Part shown: one piece after another, positions 51,838 through 62,900 of the stretch
Numbering within the stretch: position 1 is the first letter of the stretch
How the letters are laid out: every line of letters starts with the position of its first letter
Assembly: GCA_031402655.1 (NCBI GenBank)
Contig: JANNSO010000031.1
Location: 14,860 to 78,859, forward strand
Length of the DNA: 64,000 nt
Direction: 5' to 3'
Source of the DNA: Spirochaetota bacterium
GTDB taxonomy: Bacteria > Spirochaetota > Spirochaetia > Treponematales > UBA12059
Notes under the pieces: model-generated
The model's input: the letters and a program-made list of their open reading frames with translations, nothing else
The model's database searches: none
Told to the model about the DNA's origin: nothing
Translations under genes and position numbers: made by a program

Positions 51838-53256
51838 TTATTTTTCTCCGTGGTAATACTTGTCCAATTCCTCGTCGCTTACGCGGTGAAGCTCCTCGGG
51901 CGGCAGCAGCTTCAGCGCCTCCCAGCCCAGATCCAGGGTGCGTTCGATGGATCTGTCCTCGTTCTTGCCCTGGTTAACGAAAGTTTTCTCGAATCGATCG
52001 CCAAAAGCCATGTATTCCTGGTCAAGGGGAGTCAATTCGTCCTCGCCGATTACGGACGCCAGGTTGCGCGCGTCCTTTACGTAACTGTATGCGGCGAACA
52101 GCTGGCTGGCAAGGTGGGGATGGTCGCCCCGCGTCATGCCTTCGCCGATGCCGTCCTTCATGAGGCGCGAAAGGGACGGGAGCCCGGCTACCGGCGGATA
52201 CAGTCCCCTGGCGGACATGCCGCGCTCGAATACGATCTGGCCTTCGGTTATATAGCCAGACAAATCGGGAATCGGGTGCGAGATATCGTCGTTGGGCATT
52301 GTTAAGATTGGCAGCTGGGTGATGGAGCCGGGTAATCCTTTTATCATGCCGGAGCGCTCGTAGAGCTCGGCAAGGTCGGAATACAGGTATCCCGGATATC
52401 CTTTGCGCGAAGGAATCTCGCCGCGGATGGTTGAAATCTCCCGCAGCGATTCGCAGTAGTTGGACATGTCGGTCATGATCACCAGTACGTGCATGCCTCG
52501 GTCGTAGGCCAGGTGCTCGGCGAGGGTAAGGGCAACGCGCGGCGTTATGATGCGCTCGATGGACGGGTCGTCGGCAAGCGACAGGAACAACGCGACCTTA
52601 TCCAGGGTTCCCGTCTCCTCGAACGACTTGGTAAAGTATCGCGCCACGTCGTGCTTGACGCCCATGGCGGCGAACACCACGGCGAAGTCGCTGGTTCCGC
52701 CGCGCAGCTTCGACTGCCTGGCTATCTGGGCGGCGAGCTCGTTGTGGGGCAGGCCGTTACCCGAAAAGATAGGCAGCTTTTGGCCGCGAATCAGCGTGTT
52801 CATGCCGTCGATGGCCGAGATTCCCGTCTGGATAAAGTCGCGCGGATATTCGCGCGCCGTTGGGTTTATAGGCCTGCCGTTCACGTCGCGTTCCTGGAGC
52901 GCGGGCGGGAAAGGTCCACCGTCGATGGGACGCCCCAGGCCGTCGAACACGCGGCCGAGCATGGCCTCCGATACGCCGATTGTAAGAGGATGGCCGCTGA
53001 AGCGAACCCGCGAGCCTGGCATCGTAAGCCCCTGCGTGCCTTCGAACACCTGAGCTACCACGACCTCGTCGCTCGTGTCCAAAACCATGCCCAGGCGCGT
53101 TTTTCCTTCGGCGTCGATGCACTCGATAAGCTCCCGGTAGCCAACGGGATGCGTCTTGCGCACGAACACCAGCGGTCCGTCGACCCGGGACAAGCCCACG
53201 TATTCCCGTCCGGACATGAGCTTGCGCTCGATTTCCAAGCTCAGTGCTTCAGGCAT
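51838..53256 (-). CDS. atpB: V-type ATP synthase subunit B
   Basis: ..REYVGLSRVDGPLVFV.., ..IFSGNGLPHNELAAQIARQ.. and ..YPGYLYSDLAELYERSG are present. The start could be 53256 or the ATG at 53217. Confidence 0.95.
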   Translation of the reverse strand: MPEALSLEIERKLMSGREYVGLSRVDGPLVFVRKTHPVGYRELIECIDAEGKTRLGMVLDTSDEVVVAQVFEGTQGLTMPGSRVRFSGHPLTIGVSEAMLGRVFDGLGRPIDGGPFPPALQERDVNGRPINPTAREYPRDFIQTGISAIDGMNTLIRGQKLPIFSGNGLPHNELAAQIARQSKLRGGTSDFAVVFAAMGVKHDVARYFTKSFEETGTLDKVALFLSLADDPSIERIITPRVALTLAEHLAYDRGMHVLVIMTDMSNYCESLREISTIRGEIPSRKGYPGYLYSDLAELYERSGMIKGLPGSITQLPILTMPNDDISHPIPDLSGYITEGQIVFERGMSARGLYPPVAGLPSLSRLMKDGIGEGMTRGDHPHLASQLFAAYSYVKDARNLASVIGEDELTPLDQEYMAFGDRFEKTFVNQGKNEDRSIERTLDLGWEALKLLPPEELHRVSDEELDKYYHGEK

Positions 53257-55018
53257 TGTCTGCCTCCAGGCGGTCTATGTTCCGTTCAAGCCTGGCCTGC
53301 AGTTTCTCGAACTCGGCAAGCTGGTCGTCGCTTATGGTAAATTTCATCTTGTTTATTTCCTGCAGCACTTTCATCCTTTTTATGTCGGCCAGCGGCACGC
53401 CTCCCTTTATCGCCTGCAATCCCCGGTGCCAGTACGCTAAAATCAATCCCATCATGCGCGATTGCTTCTCCGGCGAAGAAAACCGGTCCACGTCGTCGAA
53501 GGCGTTCTGCTGCAGGAATGCGTTCTTGAACAGCGTGCACACCTCGATGATGAAGCGTTGGCCATCGGGCAGCGCGTCCGGTCCCACCAGCTTTACCACT
53601 TGCAGCAGGCGAACTTCCTTTCCCAGAAGTTCCATCATCTCCGCGCGTTCCGCAGCCCATGACGGGCCGACCCGCTCGTCCCACCAGGGTTTCACGTCGT
53701 CCAGGTATTCGCTGTAACTGTCCAGCCAGGAAATGGCCGGATAGTGGCGCGCGTTGGCGAGTTGGCGGTCCAGACCCCAGAAACAGCGCACGAATCGCTT
53801 GGTGTGCTGGGTTACCGGTTCCGAGAAATCTCCTCCCGGAGGGCTTACCGCGCCGATTATGGATACGGAGCCTTCGCTACCCGACAGACAGTCCATGTAT
53901 CCGGCGCGCTCATAGAATTCCGCGACCCGCGTAGGCAGATAGGCGGGGAAGCCTTCCTCGGCCGGCATCTCTTCCATTCGGCCGGACAACTCCCGCAGAG
54001 CCTCCGCCCAGCGCGATGTGGAATCCGCCATAACGGCTACATGGTAGCCCTGGTCGCGGAAATATTCCGCAAGCGTAACGCCGGTGTATATGCTCGCCTC
54101 GCGCGCCGAAACGGGCATGTTGGATGTGTTGGCGATGAGCACGGTGCGCTCCATGAGGCTTTTGCCGGTATGCGGATCCACGAGCCTGGGGAATTCGGTA
54201 AGCACGTCGGTCATCTCGTTGCCCCGCTCTCCGCAGCCTATGTAGACGATTATGTCGGCGTCGCACCATTTCGCTATGGCGTGCTGGGTCATGGTCTTGC
54301 CCGTGCCGAATCCGCCGGGAATGGCTACCGTTCCGCCCTTCGCGAGCGGGAACAGCGTATCGATCACGCGCTGGCCCGAGATGAGGGGCAGCGAAAGCGC
54401 GCGGCGCCTGGCTACGGGCCGTGGCACCCTAATCGGCCAACGGTGAAAAAATGGCAGCTCGACATCGCCGTCTGCCGTATGCAAAACGGCGGCTGTTTCC
54501 TGCACGCGGTAGTCGCCCTCGGCGGAAACAGAAATTATCGTGCCCGCGGATTCGGGAGGCACGAGTATCCTGTGCTCTATGCGCGAGGTTTCCTGTACGG
54601 TGCCCAGTATTTCGCCGCCCTTCACCGCCGTGCCCGCCTTGAGCGTGGGGTTAAAGTGCCATTTTTTTTCGCGGTCAAGCGATTCCGCGCTTATGCCGCG
54701 CTCGATATAATGGCCGGACAGGGCGCGAAGCTTTTCCAGGGGACGCTGGATTCCGTCGTAGATGGTGCCCAGGAGCCCCGGTCCCAATTCCACGGACATC
54801 GGCATGCCGCTGCCGTAAATCCTGTCGCGCGGCGCTATTCCCGTTGCATCCTCGTACACCTGAATTACGGCTCCGTCGCCTTCGAGTTTGACGACTTCGC
54901 CCACAAGCCTCGATTCGCCCACGCGAACCAGCTCGAGCATCCGGGCATCCGTTACGCCCATGGCTTCTATGATGGGGCCGTTGACCCTTTTTACCAAACC
55001 TATGATTCGTTCTTCCAT
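53249..55018 (-). CDS. atpA: V-type ATP synthase catalytic subunit A
   Basis: The P-loop is GGFGTGKTMTQH, with GERGNEMTDVL and ..ADSTSRWAEALRE.. also present. Confidence 0.95.
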   Translation of the reverse strand: MEERIIGLVKRVNGPIIEAMGVTDARMLELVRVGESRLVGEVVKLEGDGAVIQVYEDATGIAPRDRIYGSGMPMSVELGPGLLGTIYDGIQRPLEKLRALSGHYIERGISAESLDREKKWHFNPTLKAGTAVKGGEILGTVQETSRIEHRILVPPESAGTIISVSAEGDYRVQETAAVLHTADGDVELPFFHRWPIRVPRPVARRRALSLPLISGQRVIDTLFPLAKGGTVAIPGGFGTGKTMTQHAIAKWCDADIIVYIGCGERGNEMTDVLTEFPRLVDPHTGKSLMERTVLIANTSNMPVSAREASIYTGVTLAEYFRDQGYHVAVMADSTSRWAEALRELSGRMEEMPAEEGFPAYLPTRVAEFYERAGYMDCLSGSEGSVSIIGAVSPPGGDFSEPVTQHTKRFVRCFWGLDRQLANARHYPAISWLDSYSEYLDDVKPWWDERVGPSWAAERAEMMELLGKEVRLLQVVKLVGPDALPDGQRFIIEVCTLFKNAFLQQNAFDDVDRFSSPEKQSRMMGLILAYWHRGLQAIKGGVPLADIKRMKVLQEINKMKFTISDDQLAEFEKLQARLERNIDRLEADNA

Positions 55019-55087
55019 GCCAGCCTCGGTACCAATCCCGCGCCTGTTTAAGCTCCGGCGCGATTTTTCAACAGTGATTATTTCCTG

Positions 55088-55750
55088 TTATAATTTTATT
55101 CCATCGCCGTAGGCGACCTTGTACACTATGGAGCGTATCGCGCCCGCCGACCGGGCAAAGCGCGTGCCTATCCGGTTGTCGTAGCAAAGCCGGCCTCCAT
55201 CGGAGCTAAGCTCTATTCCGCGCTCGCCGAGCGGGGGGTTTTCCGCCAGGCGCAGCGTCGCGCTTCGTCCGCTCAGCGCAAGAATCCGGGCTTCCGCTTC
55301 CCGCAGGAAGGCATCATCGATCAGGGGTCGCTCCATAAGGCAGCAGTTTACCGTGGCCGGTCCGGAGCCAAGTCCCACCGAAGCCTCTACGGTCCACTCC
55401 AGCAACAGGATTCGGTAGTCGCTGCCGGCCGCCTTTTCTTCCAAAAGGAGGCGGGCTTGCGACTCTATCGCGCGCACAAGTCTGTCACGGGCGCCCAGAT
55501 CGGCTTTCTTGCGCTCGAGGGCAAGCCTGGAATCGAGGTTCTTGCGGATGGCGTCCACCTGCTGCCGTATCGCCTCTTTGGTATCGTCGCCGATGGCCGT
55601 TATTTTTGCGTTGGCCGCGTTGGCCTTTGCCCGTGCATAGTCGGAGGCTTCGCCTTCGAGCGAGGCGATCTCCTCGTCGGTACTCCTGACGATTCCATCG
55701 AGCAGAAGGCTTACGTCCACCTCGGGCGCTTTGATCATGCTTTGTTTCAT
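55088..55750 (-). CDS. atpE: V-type ATP synthase subunit E
   Basis: 220-aa protein with a long N-terminal coiled coil and a globular C-terminus. Its position between F and A fits subunit E. Confidence 0.7.
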   Translation of the reverse strand: MKQSMIKAPEVDVSLLLDGIVRSTDEEIASLEGEASDYARAKANAANAKITAIGDDTKEAIRQQVDAIRKNLDSRLALERKKADLGARDRLVRAIESQARLLLEEKAAGSDYRILLLEWTVEASVGLGSGPATVNCCLMERPLIDDAFLREAEARILALSGRSATLRLAENPPLGERGIELSSDGGRLCYDNRIGTRFARSAGAIRSIVYKVAYGDGIKL

Positions 55751-56052
55751 AGTTTTATGCCGATCGCGGAATTCACCAGTGCCCGCGAATCCGGTCTTCC
55801 TTCCAGTCTGCCCAAACGGTCGGGAATCTCCACGATAAGCGGAAAGCGCTGCGAAAACATATACTCGTCCACTTCGGGCCGAATCAGGCTTGCGACACGC
55901 TCGGTCATGATGATGATGCCGATTTCCGCCCGCGCGAGCACTTCGCGCAAGGCTTCGGATGCTTCGATGGCAGTGCGCACGACTCGTCCCCGCACGCCGG
56001 TGAGGCTGAAACCAAGAACCGTGTCCTCATCGCCGATGGCGAAATACTCCAC
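55747..56052 (-). CDS. atpF: V-type ATP synthase subunit F
   Basis: 101 aa. MEYFAIGDEDTVLGFSLTGV.. is typical of subunit F. Confidence 0.8.
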   Translation of the reverse strand: MEYFAIGDEDTVLGFSLTGVRGRVVRTAIEASEALREVLARAEIGIIIMTERVASLIRPEVDEYMFSQRFPLIVEIPDRLGRLEGRPDSRALVNSAIGIKL

Positions 56053-56060
56053 GAAAAACC

Positions 56061-56435
56061 TTATACCTTGCCCAGTATCATAAGCGCGGTTATGAAGCCG
56101 AACACGACAAGGCCTTCCGCAAGCGCTATGAAAATAAGCGCCTGGCTGGCTATCTCGGGGCGTTCGCCTATGGCGCCCATGGCCGCCGCGCCTACGCTGG
56201 CAATGGCTATGCCCGCGCCTATGGCTCCGAAGCCGAATGCCAAAGCCGCCGCGATAAGGCCGTATTTCTGAACCTGCGCCCGTTCTGCGCTCAGGGGAGC
56301 CGTGTCGGAACCCGTCTGCGCATAGGCGCTTGAGAGAGACCCCAGCAGGAAGAGCGCCATCAGGGCAAAGGTTACGAGAGTCATCGCGCTTACCTTGCTC
56401 CTGAAACTTTTTTTCGTGTTACCCATTTCAATCAC
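56061..56435 (-). CDS. atpK: V-type ATP synthase proteolipid subunit K/c
   Basis: A Gly/Ala-rich TM hairpin GAIGAGIAIASVGAAAMGAIGE...ALAEGLVVFGF carries the essential Glu. It is preceded by a signal-peptide-like hydrophobic segment. The start is uncertain. Confidence 0.8.
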   Translation of the reverse strand: MIEMGNTKKSFRSKVSAMTLVTFALMALFLLGSLSSAYAQTGSDTAPLSAERAQVQKYGLIAAALAFGFGAIGAGIAIASVGAAAMGAIGERPEIASQALIFIALAEGLVVFGFITALMILGKV

Positions 56436-58474
56436 TCCTTGTCTTTTGTCCGTAACGATATTGGCCTGTAGGCTCTGCCCGTGCCATTGAAATACTTCGA
56501 GAAGAATTCATAATAATTCAGACGCAGCGACTGTATGCCGGCCGATAGACCCTCCAACGCGATTACCAGCATGTTGCCCAGAATCAGTATGGCGATTCCG
56601 GCTATCGTCATGCCGCCGTCGGGACTCATCATCTCCGCTATTTGCTTGAATGCCACCATCAGGCTTACGTGGGCGATGCCCAGACCGGCGACACGCATGA
56701 AGGAGAGCGTGTTGGCCAGGTAGCCGCTGTATATTTCCAGGACTTCGACTATCCACTCAAGCAGGAAATTCATGAGGGTCATGGCGCTGAATTTGCTGGC
56801 ACCGTGGCTGCGATGACGCAGGAATTCGAGCGGCGCCTTGAGGGCAAGAGCAAGGGTCGGGACACCGAGCAGCACAGCAAGGAGATTGATCGGCGGCAGT
56901 TCCCTGTACTCGTGCGCAACGAAGAAAAAAGCCGTCCAGGAACCGGCCGCGTAAATCCATGCGCCAAGGAATCCGGCCTTGTCGAATACAAGTGCAAACC
57001 AGCGGCGTTTACGGATCAGGTTGATCCAATTGAGCAGCATGCCAAGGGCAAGGATTATCATTCCGAAGCGTACGGTTATTCCGAGAATGCCGTATATTGA
57101 AGTAACCGGGCCGCCGATGGTTTCTTCGCTTCCGCTTACGATTCCGTGGTAGTCGAACCAGAGCGGCGGAAGTATCTTCTGGCCGAATATGGAGCCGAAA
57201 AGCAGGCCGGAAACTATCGCCGCGCCGCCGCAATAGAGTATCAATTTGTAAAGATCTTCTTTAGCGCCTTTTTTGCGCGCTCGCGCCAAACCCAAGAGGC
57301 CCACCAGTATCAGTACCAGGCCATGCCCCGCGTCGCCAAACATAAGACCGAACATGCACAGGTAGGCAATGGCCACGAAAGGCGTCGGGTCTATCGTGCC
57401 GTATTCGGGCATGGCGTAATTGGAAACGAGGTTCTGGAACGGTTTGAGCAGGGGAGGGTTGTTCATGGCCACCGGTGCGGATAGTCCTTTTGCCTCCCCT
57501 CCGTCGGGTAGGAGCCATTCCAAGTAGCAATGGTTTTTGGATGCGGATTTTATGGCTTGTTCCACTCGCTTTTCGTCGCTTGCGGGAATCCAGCCACTGA
57601 ACATGGTGGTGCGCTCGGTCGTGGAAAATCCGGAGCGCACGCGGCAGCCAAGCTCGTCCGCCCGCAGGCTGGACCACAGAGTTCGAAGATGTTCCGCCTG
57701 CGAGGCTACTATTGTGCGAAGCTCGTCGCCCCGCTCGGCCCGCTCAGCCTTAAGCGCGTTTTCCTTGACGCCGATTTCGCGCAGTATTTCTTCCTTGTTT
57801 TTATCGGCCGACCCGGGCATGGACGATTCTTCCCAGCCTTCGCGACGAAGAGTATCCATCACGCGAGCGGAGTCGCGCTTCAGGGTAATCACCATAACGG
57901 CTACTTTAGAGCCGTGTTCCAGGTCGTTTTTCAGCACTACGGAAGGAATTCCCGAAAGCGCTCTTTCGAGGCCTGCGACTCGGGAGCCGTTCACGGTTCC
58001 CGTGCGCAAATCGAGGAACGAGCGCCCGCCTCCCTGACCCGCGGATTCGAATCCGCTCATCGACTCAAGCTGCTTTCTCATGTCCTCAAGGCGCAGGAGC
58101 TCGCTTTGCACGGTCTTTTGACGCTCGCGCGCCTCGTTCATGGAAGAAGCCAATGCGTCGAGGCTTCGTTCCGCGGCTGTAAGGTCGATGATGGGCGAGC
58201 CTAGCGTGCCTGTTTTTAGTTTCGTCAATTCGGGCAAAGGCAATGGTGGCTCCGCCAGTGCGAAAAAACCTTCGGTTCTCCTGCGCAGCTGGGACGTGCG
58301 AATAAAGCGGGCGTCCGGCTTGGCGGATTCCAAACTATCGGTCCAATCTCCGGAAAGCTCCCGTACCGCAATGGCATCCATGATTCCAAGTTCCAACAGT
58401 TCGGCTGCTACGGCATTGCCGTCCTCCCGCAATACGGCGGCAACCAGCAGCTTCATCGGAGTGGTGAACATCAT
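56432..58474 (-). CDS. atpI: V-type ATP synthase subunit I (a-type stator)
   Basis: An N-terminal soluble coiled-coil region is followed by a C-terminal polytopic domain containing ..LSFMRVAGLGIAHV.. (conserved Arg helix). The start is at the ATG at 58474, overlapping the atpC stop. Confidence 0.85.
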   Translation of the reverse strand: MMFTTPMKLLVAAVLREDGNAVAAELLELGIMDAIAVRELSGDWTDSLESAKPDARFIRTSQLRRRTEGFFALAEPPLPLPELTKLKTGTLGSPIIDLTAAERSLDALASSMNEARERQKTVQSELLRLEDMRKQLESMSGFESAGQGGGRSFLDLRTGTVNGSRVAGLERALSGIPSVVLKNDLEHGSKVAVMVITLKRDSARVMDTLRREGWEESSMPGSADKNKEEILREIGVKENALKAERAERGDELRTIVASQAEHLRTLWSSLRADELGCRVRSGFSTTERTTMFSGWIPASDEKRVEQAIKSASKNHCYLEWLLPDGGEAKGLSAPVAMNNPPLLKPFQNLVSNYAMPEYGTIDPTPFVAIAYLCMFGLMFGDAGHGLVLILVGLLGLARARKKGAKEDLYKLILYCGGAAIVSGLLFGSIFGQKILPPLWFDYHGIVSGSEETIGGPVTSIYGILGITVRFGMIILALGMLLNWINLIRKRRWFALVFDKAGFLGAWIYAAGSWTAFFFVAHEYRELPPINLLAVLLGVPTLALALKAPLEFLRHRSHGASKFSAMTLMNFLLEWIVEVLEIYSGYLANTLSFMRVAGLGIAHVSLMVAFKQIAEMMSPDGGMTIAGIAILILGNMLVIALEGLSAGIQSLRLNYYEFFSKYFNGTGRAYRPISLRTKDKE

Positions 58475-59535
58475 AATGCGTTCCGTATCCTTTCTTCCGA
58501 AAGCCCGTAATACCTGGCGTTTAGTATGGTCATGATGATCCGGACTTCGCTGTTGCGCAGCGTGGCGTATGCAAGGGCCGTGCCGATCGAAAACGGGTAT
58601 CCGCACAGAAGGCGGTGCGCTTCGTCCAAAGCGATGGAGCGGAATGCTTTTTCCATGAGGTCCGCTTTTGCCTTGCCGTCGCCTGCGGAATCCATAAACG
58701 AAGCGATGCGACCCAGGGAGCCGCCAAGAATCTGCTTCGCGAGCGCGGCCGTTCCTTCCTGGGCATAAGCGTCGGCGATGCCTCGGGCGCTGGCGGCGGC
58801 GCCGTAGGGAATCAGGAATCGCAAAGCTTCGTCGGCACTCATGGTAAAGTATGTTTTAAAGCGGATAAGACGATCGGCGTTCTGGGCGTCGGCATCCATG
58901 GAAAGCGCGCGTTTTGCGATGGCGCGGTCTTTTGCCCCCAGCCGTTCCGCCGCGGCGAATGCCGTGTCAAAAAAATAACGGTCCAAAGCAAGTTCCAGCC
59001 CGAACATGTTGCCAGCCTCGATGGCCTGGCCAAGATGGGCCGAGATTATCGCGGCGTAGGGCGTTCTTGCGAATGCCTTGACCATGTCCTTCGCGTCGGA
59101 CGCGGCAAGGACGGCGTCTATGTCGAATTTATTTGCGATGGTTCTCCTGTCGATATACGCGGCCTTGCCCGTAACGTCTCCGCCCCGAGTCCTCGAGTCA
59201 AACCAGAGGCGCAGCATGTTTTTTACTTTGTCTATCTCGAAGCGCAGCGATAGTGCCACGAAATAATCGCGGATGGCGCCTTTGGCGTAAGGTAATAATT
59301 CTGTAAATACCCGGCTGTCCGATCCATAGAGGATGGCCTCGCACGATTGCAGGTCACCCGTCGCGGCATAAGAAGACTCGATGCTTTCATAACGGGTGGC
59401 CCGCAGGAGCAGCATTGTTTCCGGAAGCGATTTAGCCCGCAGCAGTTCGTTTATCGCGTCCTCTGGCAAGAGCTTGCTGACGCGGGCTTTTAGCTTGGCG
59501 TTAAGAAATGCATACGAGGCCAGCGCTGTTTGCAT
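58471..59535 (-). CDS. atpC: V-type ATP synthase subunit C (d-type)
   Basis: 354-aa all-helical protein. YAFLNAKLKARVSKLL.. is typical of A/V-type subunit C, and the operon position fits. Confidence 0.8.
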   Translation of the reverse strand: MQTALASYAFLNAKLKARVSKLLPEDAINELLRAKSLPETMLLLRATRYESIESSYAATGDLQSCEAILYGSDSRVFTELLPYAKGAIRDYFVALSLRFEIDKVKNMLRLWFDSRTRGGDVTGKAAYIDRRTIANKFDIDAVLAASDAKDMVKAFARTPYAAIISAHLGQAIEAGNMFGLELALDRYFFDTAFAAAERLGAKDRAIAKRALSMDADAQNADRLIRFKTYFTMSADEALRFLIPYGAAASARGIADAYAQEGTAALAKQILGGSLGRIASFMDSAGDGKAKADLMEKAFRSIALDEAHRLLCGYPFSIGTALAYATLRNSEVRIIMTILNARYYGLSEERIRNAL

Positions 59536-59537
59536 CG

Positions 59538-59864
59538 TCAGTATTTTTCCAGTTCTGTTTTAAGCACGGCGTCTAAAACCTGGCCGGCCCAAAGGGACAA
59601 TTCCCCTTCGCGCTCCGCATACCAGCGGTCCGCCAGTTCCCTGGCCGTTTTTTGGCCATTCTCCAGTGCGCATAATGATTCCTTGCGGGCCGTGTCGAGT
59701 GCGTCCCGCAAAGTGATGGCGGCTTGTTCCCGGGCTGCCGCAATTCTTGTTTCCGCTTCTTTATCAATGGAGGATTTAAGCTCGGCCACCCGGGCTTTTA
59801 CCAGCTCGATTTTAGCCCTGGCTTCACGTTCGGCTCCGAGTACCTTCTCGACGGCTTCTCGCAT
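59538..59864 (-). CDS. Small coiled-coil protein, probable V-type ATPase peripheral-stalk subunit (G/H-like)
   Basis: 108-aa protein rich in E/A/R/K with heptad character, first gene of the operon, 2 nt upstream of atpC. Confidence 0.5.
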   Translation of the reverse strand: MREAVEKVLGAEREARAKIELVKARVAELKSSIDKEAETRIAAAREQAAITLRDALDTARKESLCALENGQKTARELADRWYAEREGELSLWAGQVLDAVLKTELEKY

Positions 59865-59974
59865 ATTCTAACCTTCTAACCTGATTGCTGCAGCGTGTGT
59901 AATTTTTGTAACGGTTTATCCGCTTGCGCCGATAGGCTATTTTGTTCCTCCTCAGGTTTAATGTCAATGCTTTT

Positions 59975-62900
59975 CTACTTTATTCCCCATTTTCCCGGCA
60001 CGATGGCCAGTTTTCCCGATGACGGTTTTTCAAGAATCGTCGTAAAAAAGCCTGTTTGCCAGTCGCCGGAATTTTCGCTGCGCAGGAATGACAGCACGAA
60101 CGTGGAACTTGGCGGAGCGCCTTCTACCGACGAGCTGCCGAAATAATTAACCGATGCTATAAAATCCTTCGGGTTGCGGTGTTCGTAAAGCTCGGGCCCC
60201 AGTCCGTCGGTGTTGTCCCAGTGAAGCTTGCCTCCGCTTAAGGAAGTTGGGTTCGAGTAATACACTTCCGCGCCTAATGGTTCAAGCACATGCAGGTCGA
60301 CGTCGGTATTGTCCAGGTTCCAGAAGAGAATGATGCGTCCGTTGCCTTTGTCCTTTACGTTCAGCTCGGCAAGGCGTTTTTTTACCGATTCCGCGATTGC
60401 CCCGCCCGGTTTCTGGCGGTCGATATCCGTAAGCAAGTCCAGGTAAAGATATTTTACAGCCGTTTTGGAATAGCCGTCCAATCGCTGCCACGGTTTGGAG
60501 AGTATCAATTCGTAAAGCGTGGCGGCTCCGGAATAATTGCCTTCCGCCTGCATGGCTACCGCTTCGAGCATGTAGCCTTGGGCCTCGAAAGGCCTGCGCT
60601 CGCGGATGCGAGCGAACAATTCCCTTGCGTCGTCGTAGAATCCCCAGGAAAACAGGGTAAAACCGGCAATCCGCAGCGACACCTCGTCCTGGCTTTTCGT
60701 CTCGGCTATAGTGGTAATCGTGCGAAGCGCCCTCGCGGACGCGTCGGGAGCCTTGGACTCCTTCATGGCCAGAGCCTGTCTATAGATGCTTATCGGCCAG
60801 TCGTTTTCCCTTTTTTCGGCTGGGGTGGTAAATAAGAAGGTTCCTGACTCTGCTGTTTTTGCCGGGTTTCCGACCATCCAATAGGAACCTTTCTTAATGC
60901 TTTTCAGGGATTCCGCAAAAGCGAGTTTTGCAGGCGGTATGGCGCTTGTATCCAGGTCTCCGCGATGCCCTGCGCTAAGCTTCCCCGACATCCCCTTGGC
61001 CACTTCGCGCCAAGACAGCCACTGGGGCTCGATATTGTAGGCGGTATATTCCGCCTCGCTTTCCAGGATCAGGAAGCTCGCCGCCCTGTTGGAGAGCGAA
61101 AAAGCCTGGGAGAGGGCCAGTGCCGCGCGGTCTGCGCCCGTATCCTCGAAGGCAAGGAGGCCGGTGGAATAAATATCCGCCCATGCGCGGCAAGCCAGGA
61201 ACGAGGTTCTTGGGTCGACGTCCAGGGGTACCGTGTAGTTATATTTTTTTCCAGACAGGATAATGGTAATCTCGGCGGATTTCTGGTTTTTCCCGGCCTT
61301 GAGCGCAAGTTCTATGGATTGGCCGGGCGCCAATGATTTCTGTGCGCCCGATACCAGTATATCCTCCTGCATGGTGGCCGATACCGACTCGATGGCGATG
61401 GCTCTCGAGCGGTGCGCGAGAGCCGCTTTTTTGATGTCGTCGGACAGGTTGACTTGAACCGTCATGCCTTTTTTTGAGCCCAGCTCGTTGAAGAGCGCGG
61501 TGTTTACCGCTTCCTCCCCGAAACCGTAGCAGATCCACCGTGCATCGAAAAGCGTAGCGAAATCTTTTTTCATCGCCGGGACGGAATCGGTCCCCCAGCT
61601 TATTTGTCCGTCGGAAAGCAGGAAGAACGAATCGGCGGTCTTGTCGTAGCCCTGAGCCGATAGATATGCCAGAGCGGACCGGAAGTCGGTGGCGCCTTCC
61701 AGCCAGATTGTTTCCAATTTGGCGAATAATTCTTCTCGAGCGCTCTTCTGGTTCTTTACGAAGCCTCCGCTGATGTCGCGGGAGCGCACGTCGAAGGCTA
61801 TTATTGAAAATTCACTTATTGATGCGTCGTTTTCAAGTACGGATCGGAGCAGCTTAAGCTGCATGCCCGAAATCTTAGCTTTTGCCGAATAGCTGGTATC
61901 AAGGAGGAATACCGCTTTTCCGGTATTCAGGAGCGTTGCGCCTGAGTCCGCGAAGGCAGGCACTATCCGCACCCTGGCAAGCGTGGCGTTGAGTTCCTCG
62001 GATACTCCCGCAAGCACGGCGAGCCCGGGGTTCAGGGGTTTTGCGGTAAAGAGCGCCGCTCCCTTCCAGGCTTTATCCAGGCCGAAACCGAAGGAGCCAT
62101 CCGCGGCGGCCTTTATATTGTTGCCCGATGCCGTTATGGCGCCGTCCTTGAGGCGGGGCGACAGGATGTGTACGGTCATTCGGGCGCTTGTTGCGCTGAC
62201 CTTTTGGGGGACGGGCAGCGGAAGAATGGCCGCGCCGTTCTCGTAGGGCAGCGGCCGGTCATAAGAAAATATAACGCGCTTCCGGGATTTGGCCGCTATT
62301 GGATACACTTTGGTGGAGAACGATGAGCCCCCCGACCACTCGGACAGCGCGGGGTCTACACGCTGGCGGGTAACCTGTTCGTAGGTTTCCCTGCCTTTTA
62401 CCGGATCGACGACCCTGGCTTCCTGTACCTGGCCAAAACCGCTCTCGCCCTGCAGCGTGTAGATATCCAGCCTGGAATCGAAGTTTTTTCCCAATAATGC
62501 ATCGGGAAGCATCCCCTTAAGGGGCATAAGCGCTTCGGCTTCTTTTTTGGGGCCGGCTCCGGCAAATATTCCAAGGTATGAAGGGGAGGCTCCTTTGGGC
62601 AGGCTCATCATAAGGGTTCCCGATAAAATTTTGTCGCCCGGATTTTCAAAAATCATGTCAAAGATGACGCGCACCGTGGTTTCGGTAATAATCACCGTTT
62701 CGTCCAGGCAGAGCAAAGGTATTTTTTCCAGATCGGGTCCGTTTATATAAGATAGCATTTCGGGTTCCTGTATGGTCAGGTCATCCGATTCCGACAGGCG
62801 CTTTGCGGCTTCTATGGAAGCCTCGGGACTCGAATCCGAGTCCAGCTTTTTTTCGGCCGACGACAAATCGGCGCGAGCGCCGCTGGATGCGGATGGAGCC

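Noticed and set aside
53744-55051. 435-aa plus-strand ORF, plus the 283-aa ORF at 52489-53340
   Set aside because: Both are antisense to V-ATPase subunits A and B, which carry canonical P-loop and other motifs. Their Arg/Gly/His-rich composition suggests shadow frames.
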